From Dudresnaya verticillata (taxonomy: Eukaryota): a stretch of 64,000 nucleotides of DNA. The DNA lies in assembly GCA_977862235.1 (NCBI GenBank), contig OZ374557.1:2604001-2668000 (forward strand). Reading direction: 5' to 3'. The notes below the pieces were generated by a model. That model was not told the DNA's origin, searched no databases, and saw nothing but the letters and a program-made list of their open reading frames with translations. Positions within the stretch are counted from its first letter, which is position 1. Every line of letters begins with the position of its first letter. Below are positions 25,512 through 34,942 of the stretch, piece after piece. Made by a program: the position numbers and the translations under genes.

Positions 25512-26780
25512 CGTTGTGTTACGGGTCTGTACACTTTCTTTGATCTACACGGGCTCACCGTACTAACCCTTCCAGGTACTTTACCAGCTTTTCCCCGTAC
25601 GGCTTTGTACTCTACGAGTGTTAGGGTGGCGCCGCTCGTTTTCTCTCTCTTTCAGGGACGCTAGCCTTTTTCCGTTTTCCCTCAAGTCTCTACCAAATCC
25701 CCATTTTGAGCTACCCTAGTTAGGGTGTGTGCCCGCACGGGATAGCTGTCCTTGCTGTTTCGCGGCTACTGGCTCGGCGCGCCATACTACTACAGATCGT
25801 TACTGAGGTAGTTTAATGATGCATGTGTGCGTTTTGGCAGATACGGTCGTCTTTAGTACGCTTTTCCCGTCTGGTTCCACTAGTCGAATCGAGGGAGAGC
25901 TAAAGGTTTACTTAGATGGACTCACGCGGTAGCATGGAAGAGTCAATTGGACTACTTAAGTGGCAGTGTACCCTCGAGTCGTAACACGTGACGTGGTACA
26001 TGGATTTCTACTATACCGGAGAGTTCGACCGCTGCCGACAGCAAGGCGATCAACCGCCCCTAAAATCAACAAAAAAATTAACGGTCTTTTCTGCCCAGGT
26101 ACGAGTTGCTGGCAGCGGACGTCGTCGCATGCACCATTACAGTCCGCGGCTGCCTTGCCTCTTACAGCCGCTGGTGATGGGGTCCTGTATACACATCCCT
26201 TCGGTCGCCGCTGTTCTCCCGCGAGCTCCCGTGAGCTCCTAAAACGTCGTACATTGGCCAATTCTAATATTTAAGTCTTACAGCACACGTTGCACTCTGA
26301 GTATGTCAATCCACTTCATTGTACTGAATGCGCTTCATGCTATTATTGTTTGCTGTAATGTATCCGTCGTTTTATTTCATGTTAGGAGCGCCCCACCCAC
26401 CAATCCAGCGGAGTTTTACGTCCTTAATTTTATTTTTGTGACGGTTATTGCTGTACACATTACAGCATGTTTCATTTTCCCGTCATTGTCAATGATCTTT
26501 GAGTCATTTGGTTGCACTGTAATGTTTCGCGCTGGGCTCCATATGGCAAGCATAATTGCTTGCCAATTGGGCAAACTCTCTACAGCCACTCGACGGTCTG
26601 TGTCCAGATTGGTGAGTGGCCGCAAGCATTTGGCGCTAGCGCTTTTTTGTGTCAAAGCAGCAAGCTCTAGTTAATGTGCGCACCTACCCTACGTGTGTTT
26701 CGAAGCTGCATGCTGAAGCGCTAACAACCCGCAGCCTTCGAGACTAAGGCGGCAAGCCTGCCGAGCCCGACTAGCCAGCC

Positions 26781-28445
26781 ATGCCGAAGGTGAACGAACC
26801 AAGGCCGGCAATGACGACAGCCCGGCGTGGTACAGGTGTCGTAAGGCGAAGACTTCCGGAACGTGCGCCATCGACCTTGTCCGCGCCGCGCCGGCCGCCG
26901 CGACTACCACGTACTTCGTCATCTGCGTCAGCCTCGTCCACGGCGCCTTCCTCCATTTCTGCCTCGTCCACGGCCCGGTCAGTGGCACCATCCCCACGCC
27001 ACAAGGCCACGAAGATTACCACGGCCACGCCGTCCTCGAACATATCTTCCGTCGAATCACTGGATGGCCCTCCCTCGACCCCAAGGTCTATTGCGGATGT
27101 GCTCGCTCCACATGCTGTTCCACTTGCACAGTTGGACGAGCGCTATCACTCTATTCTCGTACTGGTCAAGGCTCTGATTGGGGTCGTGTCGACATCGGAC
27201 GGGATAATGGAGATGTTCCCACCAGCGTTCACCACGTATAACTTGCTGGTGCCCAATGCGATCAATATGCCGTTCCTTCTATGGGGGGTTGCCGCCCCGG
27301 TAGATCTTATTGCTATGGCTACCTACTACTCCGCGCGGAGCAGTCAATGCGCGTACTGCTCGCTACATACATGCAACTTTGCCCTGCGGCGCGGAGTTGA
27401 TGCTGCCGCGCTTACCGGCTCTCGCAGTCTCACCAAACGCGAGACTGCTGTCGTCGAAGTTGCTCTCAACATGTCCTCGTTTCCGAATCACCTCGTTGAG
27501 GAAGACCGCCGTAACCTGTTTAAATACCTCTCACCCTCCAACGTCGAGTGGGTGGTCCTGGCAATCAGCATGGTAGGGTATCTCACGACATTTATGAGCT
27601 CCCTCGGCACCGATATGGAGCAGGCTGCTATTGAAGAAGGCGTGGAGGTTTTGGAAGCTAGTGGTTGGACGCAGGGAAAGCACGCCGCCGTTGATCCTGA
27701 AATGTATCTTCAGGAAGGCGAGGCCTCCCCACAGCGCGGAGACACTCTTCTCTCGAACCTCGCGATGCTCAGGCATATTCCAGCGGCAATCTCGTACGAC
27801 AACGCAGCAACGAAGAAGATTCCGAAATCTTGGCCGCAGATTGGCGATTACCTCATGCAGACTGTTGGCCACTCTTTCCCCGTTCTTGGGCTACTCAACC
27901 ACAACCGTGCAGTGCGGGCAATTGCGGAGTCCCTCTGTCTAAACCTCGATGCTATCGCATGTGGTATAGAGCCGGACACCAAGTATCTCATCGGCATTGT
28001 CTTCGCGGGAGTAAACCGCAACCGTCTTATGGCCAAGGAATTTCGCAAGATGACGAGGCTCATGGTCGACTACTTCGATGAGGATACGATCAACGCTGTG
28101 TATGAGTTTTCCAAAGAAGAGACCGATTTTAGTACTGACTTCATGAATGCTCTAACGGACTCCGCGCTAATGGAAACACCTCTCGCAGAAACCCAAGTGC
28201 GAATGCTGTACGTTGCAAAAGCATGCTCTTACGCGCCGACAAGAACTACTCAAGCGGTTGTGGACTCTACCAAATCACTACGCGGTGAGAATGTTGTTGA
28301 GTTGCTTTCGTGGGTCTCCCTGCTCTCGTTCCTACAGAAGCTATACATATTCTACTATCCGAGTTGCTCGGAGCGGTCCCTCGTACAAGAGGCTGAACTC
28401 GGGCAAAGAGCACCGTTGTTCACGAAGATCCCTCGTGTGAACTAG
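26781..28445 (+). CDS. AhpD/carboxymuconolactone-decarboxylase-like protein with two AhpD-like halves and a Ser/Arg/Thr-rich N-terminal extension
   Basis: Intact intronless 554-aa ORF; motif SARSSQCAYCSLH resembles the AhpD-family S..N.CxYC..H core; helical second half repeats the pattern without CxxC. Confidence 0.75.
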   Translation: MPKVNEPRPAMTTARRGTGVVRRRLPERAPSTLSAPRRPPRLPRTSSSASASSTAPSSISASSTARSVAPSPRHKATKITTATPSSNISSVESLDGPPSTPRSIADVLAPHAVPLAQLDERYHSILVLVKALIGVVSTSDGIMEMFPPAFTTYNLLVPNAINMPFLLWGVAAPVDLIAMATYYSARSSQCAYCSLHTCNFALRRGVDAAALTGSRSLTKRETAVVEVALNMSSFPNHLVEEDRRNLFKYLSPSNVEWVVLAISMVGYLTTFMSSLGTDMEQAAIEEGVEVLEASGWTQGKHAAVDPEMYLQEGEASPQRGDTLLSNLAMLRHIPAAISYDNAATKKIPKSWPQIGDYLMQTVGHSFPVLGLLNHNRAVRAIAESLCLNLDAIACGIEPDTKYLIGIVFAGVNRNRLMAKEFRKMTRLMVDYFDEDTINAVYEFSKEETDFSTDFMNALTDSALMETPLAETQVRMLYVAKACSYAPTRTTQAVVDSTKSLRGENVVELLSWVSLLSFLQKLYIFYYPSCSERSLVQEAELGQRAPLFTKIPRVN

Positions 28446-28741
28446 GGGGCGGGGGGTTGTTTTCGCTACTCTTCGTTTCTCATAGCGTACTCGAAAATTT
28501 GCACTTTCGGCGTTCCATCTTAGTTGCAGTGGGGGCTTATGCTTTCTTTATCCGAACGAAGACTGATTGAGCGTAGTCGAGCTCAGAATAAGTAAGACAA
28601 TGAAAATAGAACGGACAGCAGGAGCATAGACCAAGCAAACACCATGCAAGCAACAAGTAACCAAGCAAAAACGCAATAACCAGTAAGAAAGTAAAAGGCA
28701 GTCTTTAACGGGCATACCAGACGGCCGTAAGCTACGCTGCG

Positions 28742-29881
28742 TCAAGATATCAGTTCTGCCCATGCCGCGAGATCATCACCGACCGTCTCTCTTAGCTTTT
28801 GCAGGGCACTTATCTCTGCACGGCGGACCGTCTCGACCCTCACATCCAGGATTCGGCTTACCTCGGCACGCACCCTCTCAACGCCATCTCTTAGGCCATA
28901 CTTCAGCAACACGACAGAGCGCTCCAGCTCCTCAAGGTTGGTGGCGCAAACCAGCTCTGCAACTGCCTCTCGTGTGCACTCCCGTTCGACATGTCTAGCG
29001 ACGTCCTGTGAGTGATCAACAAGGAACTCTCGCAGGGTTGTGTGCATGCCGTCTTGGCCGCGGCGCGGGAGCGGTGCGTCGATGCTCGTCAGGGCCTTGC
29101 TTCGTTCAAGATACAGCTCCGCCTCGCCAAGATCCACGCCCGCCTTACGCGCAACCTCTTCCACCGTAGGCTCCTCTTTGCCGCTGTAGTAAGCAATGCT
29201 CTCCCTCATTTTACGCATGCGCGATAGCTTATTCAGAACGTGCACAGGAAGACGTATGACCCTGCTCTGGTTCTCAATCGCCCTCAGGATAGCATGCTTA
29301 ACGCTGTAGAATGCGTATGCATCAAAAGCATAATCTCGGTGCGGATCCCACCGCTCTACTGCGTCCATCAGACCACAAACACCTTCTTGCGCCAGATCGG
29401 CCATTGTGAGAGCTGCGCGCATCTCTGGAAACGCGTGCACGTAAGTACGGTGGGCCTTGCGCGCCACAGCAGCGACAAGCCACAGCCACTTGATTGCGAC
29501 TTCGTTGCGGGCGGAAAACACCGCGCGCCAATGCTCCAGGTCTGCTGAGACCGAGTCGTCCGTTACTGCAGCTAACCGGACAGCTGAAAGAACCGGTGGC
29601 TCTGTGCCGAGACGCTTGCGGAGAGTTTTTCTTGCTGCGGACAGCTTTGTCGCACGGCGCGCACGTGCCTGGAGCGTTGGATCTGGTACAGGCCGGTGGG
29701 TGCGCTTGGCATGACGTAGCACAGCCGCAGTGTGAATGTGAGACGAGACGTCAAACACGGACGAAGTGCTACAAATAGACGAGGCGCCTCCGATGGGTGG
29801 GGAGGAGCTGTGTGGGCAGACAGAGCCATCGAAGAGATTTGTTCTCGACACCGGCACAGCGAAGGATGGTGGTGGTGGCAT
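28742..29881 (-). CDS. Nuclear-encoded, probably plastid-targeted RNA polymerase sigma70-family factor (atypical)
   Basis: Intact 379-aa ORF; region 2 DLAQEG..GLMDAVERWDP...QSRVIRLPVH, region 3 EPTVEEVA..SIDAPL, region 4 LEELERSVVLLKYGL...ALQKLR; Ser/Pro-rich N-terminus like a transit peptide. Confidence 0.93.
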   Translation of the reverse strand: MPPPPSFAVPVSRTNLFDGSVCPHSSSPPIGGASSICSTSSVFDVSSHIHTAAVLRHAKRTHRPVPDPTLQARARRATKLSAARKTLRKRLGTEPPVLSAVRLAAVTDDSVSADLEHWRAVFSARNEVAIKWLWLVAAVARKAHRTYVHAFPEMRAALTMADLAQEGVCGLMDAVERWDPHRDYAFDAYAFYSVKHAILRAIENQSRVIRLPVHVLNKLSRMRKMRESIAYYSGKEEPTVEEVARKAGVDLGEAELYLERSKALTSIDAPLPRRGQDGMHTTLREFLVDHSQDVARHVERECTREAVAELVCATNLEELERSVVLLKYGLRDGVERVRAEVSRILDVRVETVRRAEISALQKLRETVGDDLAAWAELIS

Positions 29882-30468
29882 GACGCTCGAGGGAGGCGGG
29901 AGAGGGTGAAGACGCGTGAATCAATGGGGATCACGCTGGACGGGTAAGCGGCAGGAAGGAAGAACTGCGATCGGGGTAAAAGGTATCTCTCATAAACTCA
30001 TAAACGTGTTCCGCTAGTCTAGCAGGGTCAGGCTGTCCAGGAAATATCGCTGGAGTGCCAAAAAGGGAGGACACAGAAACATAGGGTGTCGATGCCCTCA
30101 AAAACCGTGTGTAGCCGCTGTTGGCTGGAGGCCAGACGGTCAGTTCGAATGTGTGGCATGCGTAGTTCCGAACATGAGAGCGTGTGTGTTAACAATTTCC
30201 CTTGTGGTGGTGGCGGTTCAGCTGTTTCCCATCCGTATACAGTCGGAGTGAATACGGGAAATGGACAGAAAATCGGTGATTTATTCAAACAAGTGTAATT
30301 TGTAATCGGGCTACGCCTTCCGCGCGGGGAAACTAGCGACCGATCGCGGACGCGGAATAAAAGCCCATGCGTGCCGACGCATCCTCCATGTCCGAGGGTC
30401 ACCAGACAAGCGAGGGCACAGACCGACTCTAGACCTGGAGGGGGGCTACTTTGTGCCCTCCGCCTTCG

Positions 30469-31269
30469 TATAGCAGTATGGCACCGGCCAGAAACAGCAA
30501 AGAACAAGAAAGACAGCTGTCCGATATCACACGCTAATTGGTGGTAGCTCGAAGGAGGGTTGGTAGAGGCTTGGAAAGAGGTGGGCCCTGATGACCCGAA
30601 AGGGGGGGTGTGGAAGCACGGTAAAGACTCGGCGCGACCGACTGAGGGAAAGTATAGAGGTTGCGACCCGGTATTTCGTAGAGTACTTGTCGTACGATGT
30701 CCCGGCCTGTACTGGGCGACCCCTGCTGGCGCGGAGCGTCCGAGCGACCAAAAGGTGGAAACTTCCCGAACAACTCCGCTGAGTGTTTATTCTGAGGGCG
30801 CCGGCTATTCCGGCGCCTATAAGTAGGGCTTGACAGCCGAAAAGTCTATCAGCCCGAGCGGGGGTCTAATTTAGTCAATGATTATAGTTATGTAGGTTAG
30901 TACAGCCAGTACGAGTCAAAAGTGGGAATGCATTCCAGTTAGGGGACTTGGCGGCGGATACGCCGGTGCGCAAGCCGAGGTCCCGGCTGCACTGTCGATA
31001 TCCTGAGCGCAGAGGTGCTCCTCGTCCGTGAGTAGGAGCGTAGCGGGGCGTCATAAATCAGCCAATACGAGGTGTCCAACTGGCGTCATTACAAGGCCAC
31101 CTGTATGCCACGTGTATAGCTGTAAGTCCACGTGTACACACGTGTATCCCACGTGTCATCCACGTGTACAGCGATGAAAGGCCAGCTGTCCTTATTAAGG
31201 GACAGTCTGTCCCGCGAAAAGAAGTGCGCTTCTGTAAGCCCTTCTGCTGACAGTGTCCATACTGCCACG
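30469..31269 (-). repeat. Solo LTR (family G, 801 bp)
   Basis: Perfect 5-bp TSD CTTCG (30464-30468, 31270-31274); decayed termini TATAGCAGTATG...CATACTGCCACG; left end resembles the reverse complement of the E3 U5 end. Confidence 0.85.
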
Positions 31270-31550
31270 CTTCGCCCACCAGTCTCTATCTTCCTTACTA
31301 ACACCCTTTCCCCTCTCTTTAGCGCGTGATGCGCTCGTAACCGCGGCTAACCCTACTTACTGCGTCTACCTCCTTTCGTAGTTTTATGGGCCCAGCGGGA
31401 CCCATGGAGGCTCAAGGCCAGAGACTCGAAGAAGCCTCCAAGGTTTTATATCGATGATGACTGCGATGAGTGGGGGAAGGAAGTCCCTGATTGGGTCACG
31501 AAAATGCAGACCATCCAGGACGAGGGAGAGAACAGGAGTCTCAAGACCAA

Positions 31551-32083
31551 TGTAGTAGAATGACTTCAAAGTCAAAAAGGACCACAATGTAGTAGAATGA
31601 CTTCTAAGTCAACGAGGACAACAACACAACAAAGACATCTGTCTTAGAAGACACTCCACTGTGTGGATGGTAGCTCGGTAAAAGGGGTTGGTAGAGACTT
31701 GATAGGGCTTAAAGCCCTAAGAAAAGGGGCAAAGGGAAGGCGAACTTAGCCATGTAGAGCAGTTCGTCGTAGACGACGGGGCTTGTAGACGCCCAAGGGG
31801 ATTTGTAGCGGTAGCACCGTAAGTGTCCCAAAAGGGTAAAACCTAAGGCACAGACCGCTGCGTGTTTAGTGCGGGGCCCCTGCTATTCAGGGGCCCCATA
31901 AATACGTCGAGAGCGGAAAAGGTGCTACTCGCTCAGTTAGAGCTCTATTGCTAATACTCAGCTAATAACGTACAATACAGGCATGATATGTCCTTAGATA
32001 GGAATGAGTGTTCAGGCCACAAGGCGAGCGCGGCGCCACTGTCAGGCGCCGCGGGGCAAACATCCGCCAGCAATGCAGCGCGC
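31551..32083 (-). repeat. Family-B LTR (partial) with duplicated 37-bp terminus, interrupted by E4
   Basis: 31588-32083 aligns to the reverse complement of ~25020-25511; homology stops where the E4 LTR begins. Confidence 0.85.
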
Positions 32084-34905
32084 TGTGGTGAAGCGGCCGT
32101 TTCGGAGTGCAGACGACGGTTGAGCCGACTCGCGGCCGGCGCACCGGTGAGCTGGCGCCAAAATCTGAAGCGGAGTGCAGTGACACAGTAGCACTGTATG
32201 CCCTACTGGAGTCTGCGCGCCCCACCAATAGGAGCCAAGTAGTTGCTTTATTTGTAATTAGGTAATTATAATCATGCTGTACAGTACGTAGTGTCAGCCG
32301 GCCAATGAGAATGCCGAGCATGTCCGCAATGGTGACCGGGGCCAGTAGGGCCGGACCCACCTGGTGGACCAGACCCATTGGGGTCTGGCCCACACGGACC
32401 GGGCCGCGGGGCGTATCTCCCAGTATATTAATGGGTGGCCACCGCGAGTCCTACAGTAAACGGGTACGCAACCCTGGGCAAAGTGACTTACCCTAAGCCT
32501 TACCCTCATAATCCTTTACGGTTTCCCCTCGCCAGCCCCGTGCACGGATTCCTCTTACCTCCGTCCCGGTGTAGCTGTCCTGGCACTGTACCGCCCCCCT
32601 TGTCTGTTGCGTCCCTTTACTCCTTACAGGCGTTGCCGCTCGAGGTACTCCCTTCGGTCTACGAACTAAGCTCTACCACCCCGGTGCCGTGTGAGATCGC
32701 TCCTTATTGGGATTGACTGATCAGCTCTCCTTACAGGTGTGCCTTTCACTTCACCACATCTTTTTGGTCTCCCGACCTAGAAAACCGTCACGGTAGAAGA
32801 ATCTCCGTTGGACTCCGCTCCGGTAGGAGATCAGCTTTGTGACAACTCCGTATTGGTGTAAAGGCAGGACAAGGCAAAACACTCGTTGACTCCATTTTGG
32901 TAACCTAAGAATAGAAGAACACATGGACCCTACCGTATCGGATCAAGGTGAGGTGCCGTCAACCGCGAGATCACGCCGCGGTGACGATAACACCGTCCCG
33001 GAGGTGCCCTCTACTGCGAGAACACGCCGCAGTGAGCCCACCGAACCGGAGTTAGCCTCAGCCACGAGAACACGCCGTGGCGATGCTGCCGACCTGAACC
33101 CCGGTATGGAAAACCCCGTAGAACTCCTTAAAGGTGTAGCCAGTAAGCTCTTTAGATCCCGACCTGGTTCAGGCACTTCCCGCAGGGGTGTATCCAAGCC
33201 AGGTTACTCCAATTGTGTCCATTGGATACTTTCGGAGGTCATCCCACGGGTGTTGGAGCATCTCCGTATAGAGGTGCAACCCAACATGGTCAAGGAGGTT
33301 GAGACCACGCTCGCCGACACCGTTCCGGTCATTGTTAGCTCCTACCTGGAGAAACACCTTCCGGAGTTGGTACAGACGCTCATCCGTCAGGAGCGTCAGG
33401 CGTTGGAGATCGACCAGATGCTCATCCCCGGACAACCCCTACCGGGACCCAAGGAGCAGCCGTTTTCTGTACCTACACCGATACGGAATGACTTCCCGGT
33501 CAAGGGAGAAACGACGTATATGCCATAAATCCCCACTCAGGTGTTTCCGCCCGATCCGGTAAGGACAGCGGCAGCCCCTGGGTTGCCTACCCAAACTCAA
33601 TACACCGAATTGGATCCAACACACCAACCCCAACCGAATCGGAGTACGGCCCCTGGACCCGCAGAAGTGCCTGTGGGGGAACGTATCACCGTGCCGGTGG
33701 CTTCGCGTAGAGGCCGTGAGCACTCCGATGGTGACTCCAAGAAAAATCAAGACCAGAGTGGTAGAGACAGTGCTAACAGAAAGGCCAAGGACTCCCACTC
33801 CGATAAGGAACGTGACCGTTCGCAACGGAGCAAACGCGCTTCGCGACGGGACAAAGAACACTCCGGTACGGAATCTGATGATAGCCAACACCGCAATAGG
33901 AAGAAGAATAAGCGCAAGTCGCGCCATAGGCGCCGAAAAGGGCATGAATCCTCCCGTTCCTCCGGCTCTGATACGAGCTACTCCGATACGGATAGGGACG
34001 AGCGGCGTCGGGCCAGAAAACACGACGCCAAACACCGAGAGGTCGACAGGCCACTCCCAAAGGCGATCCGGCCCCTGAACGACAGGTTCGTGAAGGCGCT
34101 GGATTTCCAAACATACCGACTGGAGAAAAAGAGTTCATACTACAGCTCTAGCTTGTCCCAGAATATGGGACGCATCCGCAGAAAGCTGGAGGTACAAATG
34201 GAGTCCCACTCCTTTAACGGTACAGACCCCATCACGGTCCTTGGATTTCTCGCGAAGTTCAAGGATGCGTGTAACATCAACTCCATTTCGGAAGGAACCG
34301 CACTGTGGTGTTTCCGGTTTTTCTTGAGTGGACATTCTGAAGCTTTGCTTCAGGTCCGTCTCGCTAGTGGCACCATGGCGGTCGACGAGGAGCAAGCAGA
34401 GATGCTTCGCACCTATACCGAAGTGGCGAACTTTTTGCTAAGGACTTATGCTACCGATGCGGTGATTGCCGAAGGGTATTCGGACGTAACGTCGTTTCGA
34501 CAAACGTCGGCCTTAACGGAAGAGCAATTCTCCAACCAACTTTGGACTAAGGCACTCCGATGCGGTACAGTATTCTCCGACAGGTCCCTCAAGTCGCTGT
34601 TTGTGGAAGGACGCCTCCCGGGAACGTGTCAGCAGATGCGCAATTATCTGGCAAAACACCCCCATATGGATTACCAAGCCATCACCCGCTACGCTAAAGG
34701 GCTTGGAGAATCCCATCGGGCAACCAGACGCCAAACCTCAGCGGTGCACGTCTTCGACGGAAAACCTAAGAGTCAGTCACGACGTTCGGGCGTTCTGTCG
34801 ATTGGTTCCCCATCGGAGTGCACCTACTCGGAGTATCCCGCTGAATTGGAGGAGCACGTGCTCGCCCTGGAAGGTGGCGCGGGTCGAAGCGCCGGCACCT
34901 CGTCC
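32084..34905 (+). mobile_element. E4: 5' part of a Gypsy element (LTR, PBS, truncated gag)
   Basis: LTR 32084-32758 TGTGGTGAAG...CTTCACCACA; PBS TGGTCTCCCGACCTAG 32765-32780; gag follows. Confidence 0.9.
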
Positions 34906-34920
34906 GGGGTTAACCCCTAA
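32923..34920 (+). pseudogene. gag: E4 gag, one internal stop, truncated before the Zn knuckle
   Basis: In-frame ORFs 32923-33528 and 33541-34920; motifs YRL...FNGTDPITVLGFL, VANFLLRTYA; three EVPSTAR.RR-type repeats at the N-terminus. Confidence 0.85.
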
Positions 34921-34942
34921 ACCCCTAAACCCCTAAACACCT
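34906..34942. repeat. Telomere-like (AAACCCCT)n / (TTTAGGGG)n tract with GGGGTTAACCCC palindrome
   Basis: GGGGTT AACCCCT AAACCCCT AAACCCCT AAACACCT read directly. Confidence 0.75.

Larger units (their letters stand above)
10430..25794 (+). mobile_element. E3: decayed chromodomain Gypsy element with antisense ORF and a 3' LTR split by two insertions
   Basis: gag, then pol (LDSEAS protease, YLDDI RT, RNase H, integrase YHPQTNGQTER, chromodomain YRIRWF...DTWEP), then spacer, aORF2, PPT AGAGAGGGGG ~21776-21785, and LTR from 21789. Confidence 0.9.
21789..25794 (+). repeat. 3' LTR of E3 in three pieces (21789-22151, 24733-24784, 25512-25794)
   Basis: Starts TGTGGTACAA after the PPT, ends TACTACTACA; pieces rejoin across the TSDs of the DNA transposon and of solo LTR B. 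Confidence 0.8.

Noticed and set aside
28742..29881. Bacterial contamination suggested by a sigma70 gene
   Set aside because: It has a transit-peptide-like N-terminus, no operon context, and is embedded among eukaryotic LTR elements.
30588..30604. CTGATGACCCGAAAGGG hammerhead-like core
   Set aside because: GAAA is the loop of a CCC/GGG hairpin and no flanking helices form; it lies inside a solo LTR.
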